Shown here piece by piece: positions 1 through 7,109 of a stretch of DNA of 20,000 nucleotides (its first letter is position 1; every line of letters starts with the position of its first letter). This stretch comes from an uncultured virus (IMG/VR IMGVR_UViG_3300034108_000261) (taxonomy: Duplodnaviria > Heunggongvirae > Uroviricota > Caudoviricetes). Under the pieces are notes generated by a model, which did no database searches, had not been told where the DNA came from, and saw only the letters and a program-made list of their open reading frames with translations. The stretch lies in the IMG/VR virus record IMGVR_UViG_3300034108_000261. One strand, 5' to 3'. A program made the translations under genes and the position numbers.

Positions 1-19
1 ACCAAACATATTTAATTCC

Positions 20-259
20 TTATTCTTCTTCTGACTTCTTAGTTGGTTTCTTGGGCGCAAACTTCTCCACGCCTGTAATGCCAAGAGTACCGATAACAAT
101 ATACATTACACCATTAAAGATAAACTCTTCAATTGTGAAATCCCAGAATAGATTTGCAATATAACCAATGGCAACAAGAATAGTAGCAACAACTGCAATC
201 ATACGTTTAGTCGATGGATTGCCATTGTCTGACATCATATCTATTAGAAATTTACCCAT
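20..259 (-). CDS. Small two-transmembrane protein (possibly holin-like)
   Basis: 79 aa with two hydrophobic stretches (MIAVVATILVAIGYIANLFW; FIFNGVMYIVIGTLGITGV) and a charged C-tail (KKPTKKSEEE). It starts 1 nt after the upstream stop. Holin function is only a guess. Confidence 0.6.
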   Translation of the reverse strand: MGKFLIDMMSDNGNPSTKRMIAVVATILVAIGYIANLFWDFTIEEFIFNGVMYIVIGTLGITGVEKFAPKKPTKKSEEE

Positions 260-260
260 C

Positions 261-869
261 TTACAGTCCTAGAAATGTTTTGAATGATAGTGACTCGTGG
301 ATACCCATACCATGGCGAACGTCTTTATAGAGTTCGTGCTTATGCTTTGTTGACATGGCACTTGGTGCCATCTTATGGAATTCTTTTTCGTTACCAACAG
401 AGGCATGATGACGCATCTTGGTAGCAGATGCACCACCGACTCCAGTGTCTGCATCAGAACGTTCTCCGCCGACCTTGTGGATCTTGATACCCTTGAAGTT
501 GAAGTAACCATGTTTACCTTCAACACCATTATATTTATGGATCAGCGTATGAAATTCGTGCGCACGATCGGAACCCACGTGCAAGTGAAGGTGCGTCACA
601 CCCGACTTGTGTAGATTCGAAAGATGGTGAAGCATTGTTGGTGATTCTTTGGTGGCAAGTTTAACATTTGCTCCAGGGAATGCACGCTTGGCATGCTTTA
701 ACTTTTGTTCAGGTGTCAGAGGATTCTTTTTGGAATCATGACTGCCAGTGAGAATGATAGTGTGTCCATGTTCACCTGCTGTCTTACGAACCTGATTGAC
801 AACTGCTTCGTGACCAACAGTAGGAGGGTTCATTCTCCCCTGTGTAATGTGGTGATGGACTTCGCTCAT
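261..869 (-). CDS. HxGH-superfamily nucleotidyltransferase (cytidylyltransferase/NMNAT-like), His-rich
   Basis: GRMNPPTVGH (GxFxPxTxGH motif), KKNPL, VGSDR and SATKMR (SxTxxR) motifs match the 'cytidylyltransferase' found in T4-like marine phages. ATGA overlap with the upstream gene. 26 His in 202 aa. Confidence 0.8.
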   Translation of the reverse strand: MSEVHHHITQGRMNPPTVGHEAVVNQVRKTAGEHGHTIILTGSHDSKKNPLTPEQKLKHAKRAFPGANVKLATKESPTMLHHLSNLHKSGVTHLHLHVGSDRAHEFHTLIHKYNGVEGKHGYFNFKGIKIHKVGGERSDADTGVGGASATKMRHHASVGNEKEFHKMAPSAMSTKHKHELYKDVRHGMGIHESLSFKTFLGL

Positions 870-2005
870 TTTTTACCCTTGCCTGCTCTCAGGATGGCGC
901 TGCGTTCACGATTCGCCTTAGAGAATCCTTCGCGGTCAACAACCTTTAGTCCGTTTGCAACGTAACCTTCACCACCTGCTGCCTTGCCATTAATCTTTGT
1001 GTGGAATCCACCGCCACCAGAAGAATCAAGACCACGTGCTAGATGATTGGTTGCTTGTTGAAGATGATGATGGATCTCAAATGACTTAGCGAAGTGTTCT
1101 TTGTTCTTTGTAACATGCGAGAGGTCAGCATGCATTGTTGCAGTCTTACGCTCTTTAGCAGCAGCAGTTTTAACTGCGTCAATCTTCTTCTGGTGGACTG
1201 CTTGAAGATGCTTCTTGTATCCAGCAACTGATGGAGTTTCCTCACTTGTAACTGTCTTATTGATATAAGAACGAGCAGTAATCTCATGACCGTCGAGGTG
1301 ATGGTAGGAGTGATCCTTCATCAATTTTTCTGCTTGCGTTAAGTGATGATCAGCAGATGCCTTTACTTCGCTCGACAAGTTGCGCTCATGTGGTGCTACC
1401 AAGTGCTGAACCATGTGAACATCTGGGTGCGAACCGAAGTGTGAGGTGTCAGTAATAGGATGTGCAGTCTTGTGTTCACCCTTCAGTTCTGTATGAACCG
1501 TGGCGCTTACTTTTGACCTTTGGAGTTTCTGTCCTTCTTCACCACTAACAGGAGTGTGATACTGAATCGTGTTAGGAGTGTGGGAAATGTGTCCATCTTT
1601 GGTTTCGCGAGTATGCGGTTCGCTCATATATCCACCCTGATATTCACCAGCGTGTTTTGGCAGAACTTTACCTAGATGTTTATGGAGCGCCTTCAGCGGA
1701 CCAACAAGATATGGTTTGTGACCATGTTGTCTATCAATATCTGATGCGGAGAAATTATAGTGTGCTCCTGGACCCTTGTACTTTACACCGACCTTACCTT
1801 CTGGGGTGCGGATGGCATGGAACGACATCTTGTCGTCAATCTTACGGGTGAGAGGAGTTTTGCCTGATGCGACACCTTGGAGTGTCTTCAGAGCATGATG
1901 TGCTGCATCGGCATTATCGAATGATCTATCCGACGGGTGTTCAATATGTTGAATCCCAGCAGCAGGTTTTTTTTCTTCAGAGAGATATTGGGTAAATGAT
2001 AACAT
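866..2005 (-). CDS. Conserved T4-like phage protein with RNA/DNA-ligase-like nucleotidyltransferase motifs, His-rich
   Basis: N-terminal HIEHPSD, KIDD (KxDG-like motif I), YQGG, EGYV (motif IV-like) and LKVVDR..FS..N (motif V-like). It resembles the gene usually found next to the cytidylyltransferase in T4-like cyanophages. The ATG at 2005 gives the N-terminus MLSFTQYLSE. Confidence 0.6.
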   Translation of the reverse strand: MLSFTQYLSEEKKPAAGIQHIEHPSDRSFDNADAAHHALKTLQGVASGKTPLTRKIDDKMSFHAIRTPEGKVGVKYKGPGAHYNFSASDIDRQHGHKPYLVGPLKALHKHLGKVLPKHAGEYQGGYMSEPHTRETKDGHISHTPNTIQYHTPVSGEEGQKLQRSKVSATVHTELKGEHKTAHPITDTSHFGSHPDVHMVQHLVAPHERNLSSEVKASADHHLTQAEKLMKDHSYHHLDGHEITARSYINKTVTSEETPSVAGYKKHLQAVHQKKIDAVKTAAAKERKTATMHADLSHVTKNKEHFAKSFEIHHHLQQATNHLARGLDSSGGGGFHTKINGKAAGGEGYVANGLKVVDREGFSKANRERSAILRAGKGKK

Positions 2006-2032
2006 GGTGTTCCCGTTCAATTGTATCTCTCA

Positions 2033-2040
2033 TATTTATA
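2033..2040 (-). promoter_or_regulatory. T4-type late promoter TATAAATA
   Basis: Exact gp55 consensus TATAAATA on the minus strand, intergenic, 27 nt upstream of the ATG at 2005. Confidence 0.8.
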
Positions 2041-2046
2041 ATAAAA

Positions 2047-2134
2047 ATGCCTTACAATTACTCCGACTTGTATTATATTTTCTCGCTAAGAGAATGTGAT
2101 TACTACGAGTAGACCGTTGGTAATTGTTTGGCAT
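2047..2134 (-). ncRNA. Candidate structured intergenic RNA
   Basis: Closing arms AUGCC-AA-ACAAUUAC ... GUAAUUGU-AA-GGCAU enclose two small hairpins (CUA-CUCG-UAG; UUCUC-UUAGC-GAGAA). It is followed by a U-tract and preceded by AATAAATA (2143-2150). Confidence 0.4.
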
Positions 2135-2142
2135 CACCATAG

Positions 2143-2150
2143 TATTTATT
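2143..2150 (-). promoter_or_regulatory. Late-promoter variant AATAAATA
   Basis: One mismatch to TATAAATA. It overlaps the GT2 stop codon and lies 8 nt before the structured element. Confidence 0.4.
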
Positions 2151-2844
2151 AAAACACTTTTTTCCAAGGGAAGTTAATCTGTTTATCATGGTGTATAACT
2201 TTATCTCTATAGAAGTTTGGAGTAATCATCAACATTTTTTCGTTGTCGTAAATTGGTGCAGATAATGTATTATCAAAATATACTCGACGCCCTGCTCGCA
2301 TACACTGAATGGTAATATCAGTCAATTCTTCCCGAGGGAATTTTGAATCCATCATGTCAAGATATTCTCTGTCTCCATAATGATGTGGAACAAATGACTC
2401 GTCATACCCACCACCTGCGTGAAACATTTCTTTACTGCACATAAATGAATTTAATGATGGGAATGTAATATCATTATGCCTCGTGATAAAACTATACCAC
2501 TTTTCCATAGACAAATTCATTGTTTGAAGTTTAATTAAGTCTTCAGATGTAATGGCATGATCTATATCTAAGAAAATTATCCAATCAGTTTCAGCAACTG
2601 ATGCGCCAAGATTGCGGCAACCATGACTGTTGAACCCTATATCTTCTTCAACAACAAGAAATGAAACGTTAAGATTGTCATTGAATTTAGCAGCAGTAAT
2701 AATATCGGAAGCAGGATATTTGTTAGAACCATCATCAATCAGAATAATTGAAACTGGAGTTGTAAATGTATTCCAGTGTTCTATTGCCTGTTTTAAAAAT
2801 TCTACATCATTATAATATGTATGCACTATTGTGATTGCGTTCAT
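2149..2844 (-). CDS. Glycosyltransferase, GT-A fold (GT2-like), paralog B
   Basis: IILIDDGS, GFNSHGCRNLGA, FLDID (DxD) and GGYDESF..H.GDRE motifs. The ATG at 2844 forms an ATGA overlap with the paralog A stop. Confidence 0.85.
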   Translation of the reverse strand: MNAITIVHTYYNDVEFLKQAIEHWNTFTTPVSIILIDDGSNKYPASDIITAAKFNDNLNVSFLVVEEDIGFNSHGCRNLGASVAETDWIIFLDIDHAITSEDLIKLQTMNLSMEKWYSFITRHNDITFPSLNSFMCSKEMFHAGGGYDESFVPHHYGDREYLDMMDSKFPREELTDITIQCMRAGRRVYFDNTLSAPIYDNEKMLMITPNFYRDKVIHHDKQINFPWKKVF

Positions 2845-3542
2845 AAAACCCTCTCCCAATCAAAATTTATACGTTGTTCGATCGGTGTAATATTAGTTGG
2901 ATCAAATTTTCTGGTATAGAATATCATCTTCTCGTCATCATATACTGGAATAGCAGCATCGTCAACAATAACTGCCTTTCTTCCACCACGACGACAAGTT
3001 AGATTCAACCACTCTAGATTTTTGGTATCATAACTAGATGAAAGTCTACTCAGAAATTCTCTATCTCCAGTATGAAATGGAACAAATGATTCATCGTATC
3101 CACCAGATTCAAGATAAAGTTTTTTTGGTATGATAAACTGATTCAGCGCCACATAAGGATCTCCATGACCGTTAAACTTTGCATTCATTTCATACCAAGT
3201 ATTCTCGGCGAGGGATTCTCGTTGTAACTTTATTAAATGAGAGGGTTGTATCGTATAATCAATATCCAAGAATACCAACCATTCAGTATTTGCTAATCGT
3301 GCACCAAGATTGCGACAACCATGACTATTAAATCCGATATCTTCTGTTACTTTATACAGAGAGAAATCTATGTTCTCTGAAAATGAAACACCCCGCAAGA
3401 CTTCCTCGGCAGGAACCTCTTGGGATCCATCGTCGATTAGGATAATCTTGATCGGGGTGTTGTATACGTTCCACCTCTCGAGTTGTGTCTCGAGAAGCGA
3501 ACGTTCGTTATAATAAGTATGGATTACTGTAAATTGATTCAT
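2841..3542 (-). CDS. Glycosyltransferase, GT-A fold (GT2-like), paralog A
   Basis: IILIDDGS, GFNSHGCRNLGA, FLDID and GGYDESFVPFHTGDRE motifs. Colinear with 2149-2844 over its full length. Confidence 0.85.
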   Translation of the reverse strand: MNQFTVIHTYYNERSLLETQLERWNVYNTPIKIILIDDGSQEVPAEEVLRGVSFSENIDFSLYKVTEDIGFNSHGCRNLGARLANTEWLVFLDIDYTIQPSHLIKLQRESLAENTWYEMNAKFNGHGDPYVALNQFIIPKKLYLESGGYDESFVPFHTGDREFLSRLSSSYDTKNLEWLNLTCRRGGRKAVIVDDAAIPVYDDEKMIFYTRKFDPTNITPIEQRINFDWERVL

Positions 3543-3904
3543 CCAACAATCTGTTGAAGTTCTTCTGTTGCATCAATTTCAGTTAGGTCGATTGCAGGAA
3601 ATTCAATCTGCTCAGTCAGACTATACTGCAGATACTCATTATGAGTAACATTCTGGTCAAGATACAATTGCCAACCAGAAAGAGTTTCGTGGAATTGCTT
3701 GGTGTGAGTTTCGATCAGATGACGTTTTGCTTCACATGCCTTACCAATTTGTTCAAGGGTTGGTTCGACGTCGAATCGAGCAATGATATATTCTTTGGCA
3801 CCAATAGTTTTCCAAAGTGGCATGTCATCAGTTGCAGAGTTTGCCCATAGTGCAGTTGTTGCAACCAACTTGAGATTCAGTTCTTCATTTGTTTGTTCAG
3901 TCAT
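3539..3904 (-). CDS. Hypothetical acidic protein (121 aa)
   Basis: ORF with an AGGGA-type RBS upstream and an ATGA overlap with the GT gene. No motif recognised. Confidence 0.7.
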   Translation of the reverse strand: MTEQTNEELNLKLVATTALWANSATDDMPLWKTIGAKEYIIARFDVEPTLEQIGKACEAKRHLIETHTKQFHETLSGWQLYLDQNVTHNEYLQYSLTEQIEFPAIDLTEIDATEELQQIVG

Positions 3905-3926
3905 TTATTCATTCCCTAGTTAAAAA

Positions 3927-4003
3927 TGGTGATGCCAGTAGGATTCGAACCTACGACCTAGAGCTTAGAAGGCTCTTGCTCTATCCAGCTGAGCTATGGC
4001 ACC
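3927..4003 (-). tRNA. tRNA-Arg (anticodon UCU), CCA encoded
   Basis: GGTGCCA/TGGCATC acceptor stem, D-arm GCTC-AGCTGGATA-GAGC, anticodon arm AGAGC-CTTCTAA-GCTCT, T-loop GGTTCGAATCC and 3' ACCA. 77 nt. Confidence 0.97.
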
Positions 4004-4016
4004 AATGTCAATTATT

Positions 4017-4045
4017 GTTATACTATATCTATTGTAAAAAGTCAA
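4017..4045 (-). promoter_or_regulatory. Sigma70-like promoter for the tRNA/GT unit (class B)
   Basis: TTGACT-N17-TATAAC, intergenic, 13 nt upstream of the tRNA. Confidence 0.75.
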
Positions 4046-4052
4046 GTGTTTT

Positions 4053-4628
4053 TTATCGAACATCTAATCTTTCTGGATATTCAAACCATCCAGTAGCGAT
4101 ATACTTATTCCCGACAAGATCGGGTGCAGCACGATGAACATGGGTATATGCTGCAGGCCAAATAAGCAAAGTTCCTGCTTCTGGTTTTACTGCCAGATCT
4201 TGGAATTTAAACTCTGTCTTACCACCTTCTTCTACAGTGTTCAGATACAACATCCAAACACCAAACCTGCCTCGATTATTTTTTCCAGATCCTTGTTCAG
4301 TATGCCATTGGTGGAATCCACCACCAGTTTCTGATTTCTGGAATTTCCAACCTGGAGTAAACAGTTCTAAGAATGCTCGACTAGCAGCACCATATTGTTT
4401 GTTATATTTTCTCCAACCTGCATGTACTGCATCGACAACAGATTCTTCAAAAAACTTTAATGACCCATATCTACCAGTAAAGATATTCCAGTCTGTTCTG
4501 TTTGCATCATCCGATAGAATACAGGCAGTTCCTGGATCTGGACGTGAGATAATAACGTCCATGGCATCGCAAATCTGTTTACATTTTTCTGCACTTAGTG
4601 CATTGGGGTATGATTCTATAAAATTCAT
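4053..4628 (-). CDS. 2OG-Fe(II) oxygenase (prolyl-hydroxylase-like, phage type)
   Basis: FHQWHTE (HxD/E), WMLYLN..EEGG.TEF, KPEAGTLLIWPA..THVHR (distal His) and KYIATGW are typical of T4-like marine phage 2OG oxygenases. Confidence 0.88.
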   Translation of the reverse strand: MNFIESYPNALSAEKCKQICDAMDVIISRPDPGTACILSDDANRTDWNIFTGRYGSLKFFEESVVDAVHAGWRKYNKQYGAASRAFLELFTPGWKFQKSETGGGFHQWHTEQGSGKNNRGRFGVWMLYLNTVEEGGKTEFKFQDLAVKPEAGTLLIWPAAYTHVHRAAPDLVGNKYIATGWFEYPERLDVR

Positions 4629-6019
4629 TAGAAATTAAACTTCGAAAAGTCCCTCTGTTGACGTTGACCGATTGTAGTTTTCTCGAACACTGGCAGATCG
4701 TCTTGACCTGAATCCATAATTCCCTTTTGGGCAGATTCTTCTAGGTCATACAAACGCATCTTACCACGATCGATACCAACCATGAACCTCTTATTTATTC
4801 CTGGATCATTGTAGCGATTTTTCAACTGCTTGACCATCAGTTGTCCCATCTTCTCAAGTTCTTCTGTCGAGATTAGGGCAAACATCAAGTCGGCAGTTGC
4901 TGGCAAACCAAATGATTCCGAGGTATCAGTCAGTTCAACGTCACTGTTCGCATATCCACCACGAGTAGTTTGGGTGGCAGAAACAACAGGTAAATCAAAC
5001 TCAACTGCGAAACCACGAAGTTCTTCGGCGATTGCCTTCACATATGTATAAGAGTTTACACCTGCTCCTGGTTTGAATCTACTCGAGGCACAGATGTTAA
5101 GATAATCGACAAACACAATATCAGGAGCAAAGTTTCGCTTCAACATCAATTCGTTTAGCAGCGCCTTGAAATGACCAACGTGTGCAGATGCAGTTGGATA
5201 TTCTTTGATGATCAACTTACCCTCAGTCTTGTTTCGAATTTTGTCAATTCGAGTATCAAACATGGAACGGGAAAGGTCTTTCAACTCACCAATGTTTACA
5301 TTCATCATGTTCGCATCGATACGCTCGGCAATCTTCTCTTCACTCATTTCCATGGTAATGTAGAGAACATTCTTACCCTGCGCCAATGCTCCTGATGCCA
5401 TGTGACACATGAACAAAGACTTACCCACACCAGTACCAGCAAGTGCAATATTCAGAGTCTTGTTTGGTAGACCACCACCTGTAATCTTGTTGAACATTTC
5501 AAGATCGAATGGCATCTTATTCTCAACACGGTGATAGAAGTCAAACCGCGACTCAGAATTATCTAGATAATCATGACCGACATTATTATCAAAGCAAATT
5601 CCCAATGCTTCCTGTAAGATGGAAGGGATACCATCCTGAGAATGCTCCTTGTCTCCACCATCGATAATCTGAATCGACTTCATGATTGCATTATAGACTG
5701 CCTTGTCTTTACAAAACTTCTCAGTCTCTTCAAGCAACCACTTCTCATTCACATCAAGAGAATCATCAAGATGTGTCAGTTTCTCATTGATGTTTTTAAA
5801 TTCATTTTCGTTGATACCACGGTCATTCTGCACTACGATTTCAATTGCTTCGACTGTCGGAAGTGAATTATACTTCTCGATAAACTCTCTAGCATAATTG
5901 AAAATCTTGCGCTCGGAAGTATCATGGAAATATTCTGGTGTTATGAATGGAATTACCTTGCGAGCATAGTCTTCATCAGAAAACAACTTACTAAGGATGA
6001 TTGTTTCAATTTTTTGCAT
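4628..6019 (-). CDS. 41: Replicative DnaB-like DNA helicase (T4 gp41)
   Basis: Walker A LAGTGVGKS, YITMEM, LIIKEYPT, VDYLNIC, SATQTTR, TSESFGLPATAD and QLKNRY motifs. Confidence 0.97.
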   Translation of the reverse strand: MQKIETIILSKLFSDEDYARKVIPFITPEYFHDTSERKIFNYAREFIEKYNSLPTVEAIEIVVQNDRGINENEFKNINEKLTHLDDSLDVNEKWLLEETEKFCKDKAVYNAIMKSIQIIDGGDKEHSQDGIPSILQEALGICFDNNVGHDYLDNSESRFDFYHRVENKMPFDLEMFNKITGGGLPNKTLNIALAGTGVGKSLFMCHMASGALAQGKNVLYITMEMSEEKIAERIDANMMNVNIGELKDLSRSMFDTRIDKIRNKTEGKLIIKEYPTASAHVGHFKALLNELMLKRNFAPDIVFVDYLNICASSRFKPGAGVNSYTYVKAIAEELRGFAVEFDLPVVSATQTTRGGYANSDVELTDTSESFGLPATADLMFALISTEELEKMGQLMVKQLKNRYNDPGINKRFMVGIDRGKMRLYDLEESAQKGIMDSGQDDLPVFEKTTIGQRQQRDFSKFNF

Positions 6020-6021
6020 AT

Positions 6022-6888
6022 TCAATTTACTTTCTTCGCATTTATTTCTTCGCGTGACAATTGTCGATGTGGTATATTGATTACAGGCAGCGCATCACCA
6101 AACCCCTTACAGAATCTACAGGCATTTATGTTAATTTTTTCACTGTTAATTGCCTCGGTATACTTCTCAGTAAACTGCTCGTCGATTGATATACCATCTA
6201 GTTCTTTCAGATCATATGGTAACGGAACACCGATTGCTTTATAATATCCTGGTCGATGAATACTTACTGCACACCGATAGTATTTTCCACCAAAGAACGT
6301 GGAATAATAGGTTTTTCCGGAACAAGAAGTATATACTGCTTGTGCGGTGTCTTCGTCTAGTTCTTCGAATTGATCTAGTACACGAAATTGCTCGCCTATT
6401 ACGAGATCTACATTTTGTCGATCTATTACAACTTGGTCTTTTTTCCAAGCACTCATACTTTTTGGATGGTTAATAACGTTGTTAAAGTTCCATCGTTTTC
6501 CTCGCTCGTCTAAATAGTTAAGAATTTTGTCATAGTTTATGTTCACATTTTCATATTTACTAATGCTAACAATATCACAATTATCATAAAACTCATCTGA
6601 CAAAGACAATAGGTTTATTCCATTGGTTACGATGGCAGTAACATCACAAAAATTACTCTGCTTTGCATATTTCAAATATTCTGTAATATCTGGATTAAGT
6701 GTTGGTTCGCCACCAATAAAACGCAAAACACCAACATGCATGTACTGCGAAAGATTGTCCATATCTCGTTTAAAACTTTCAAGATCAAAAGATTCTTCGT
6801 CGCGGTATGGCGATCCAGTACTGCAGTTCGCACATTTTAAATTACAATGAAAACTTATATAGTATTCAATAGATGGAAGATTAATCAT
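6022..6888 (-). CDS. Radical SAM enzyme with C-terminal Cys cluster (SPASM/twitch-like)
   Basis: CNLKCANC (CxxxCxxC), FIGGEP and IVTNG motifs, plus additional C-terminal cysteines (SC, YRC, CRFC). Confidence 0.9.
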   Translation of the reverse strand: MINLPSIEYYISFHCNLKCANCSTGSPYRDEESFDLESFKRDMDNLSQYMHVGVLRFIGGEPTLNPDITEYLKYAKQSNFCDVTAIVTNGINLLSLSDEFYDNCDIVSISKYENVNINYDKILNYLDERGKRWNFNNVINHPKSMSAWKKDQVVIDRQNVDLVIGEQFRVLDQFEELDEDTAQAVYTSCSGKTYYSTFFGGKYYRCAVSIHRPGYYKAIGVPLPYDLKELDGISIDEQFTEKYTEAINSEKININACRFCKGFGDALPVINIPHRQLSREEINAKKVN

Positions 6889-6893
6889 ACACT

Positions 6894-7109
6894 TTAATCT
6901 TCTTCTGCAACTTTTAAATTCTCTATCTCATCATATTCATTTGCAATTCTAATGCAACATGGTTCACAAACAAACATCTCATACTCGAGACCCTCTTCAA
7001 TACCATGAAGGCACATGGCAGGGTCATTCTTTTTCAGAACGACCCCACATTGATTACATATCTTGATTTTCGTAGTCTTCTGAAATATCTTCGTCAGAAA
7101 TGTCCACAT
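6894..7109 (-). CDS. Small Cys4 (zinc-finger-like) protein overlapping the uvsX 3' end
   Basis: CNQC...CEPC pairs. GGAG lies 7 nt before the ATG at 7109. It fills the gap between uvsX and the radical SAM gene. Confidence 0.65.
   Translation of the reverse strand: MWTFLTKIFQKTTKIKICNQCGVVLKKNDPAMCLHGIEEGLEYEMFVCEPCCIRIANEYDEIENLKVAEED

Noticed and set aside
1..9. Start of a further minus-strand gene (AGGA RBS, ATG TTT GGT)
   Set aside because: Only three codons lie inside the window, so it cannot be characterised.
2036..2140. 34-codon minus-strand ORF (MVMPNNYQRS...) in the intergenic gap
   Set aside because: It has no RBS and no protein-like features, and base-pairing explains the region better. 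A leaderless peptide cannot be fully excluded.
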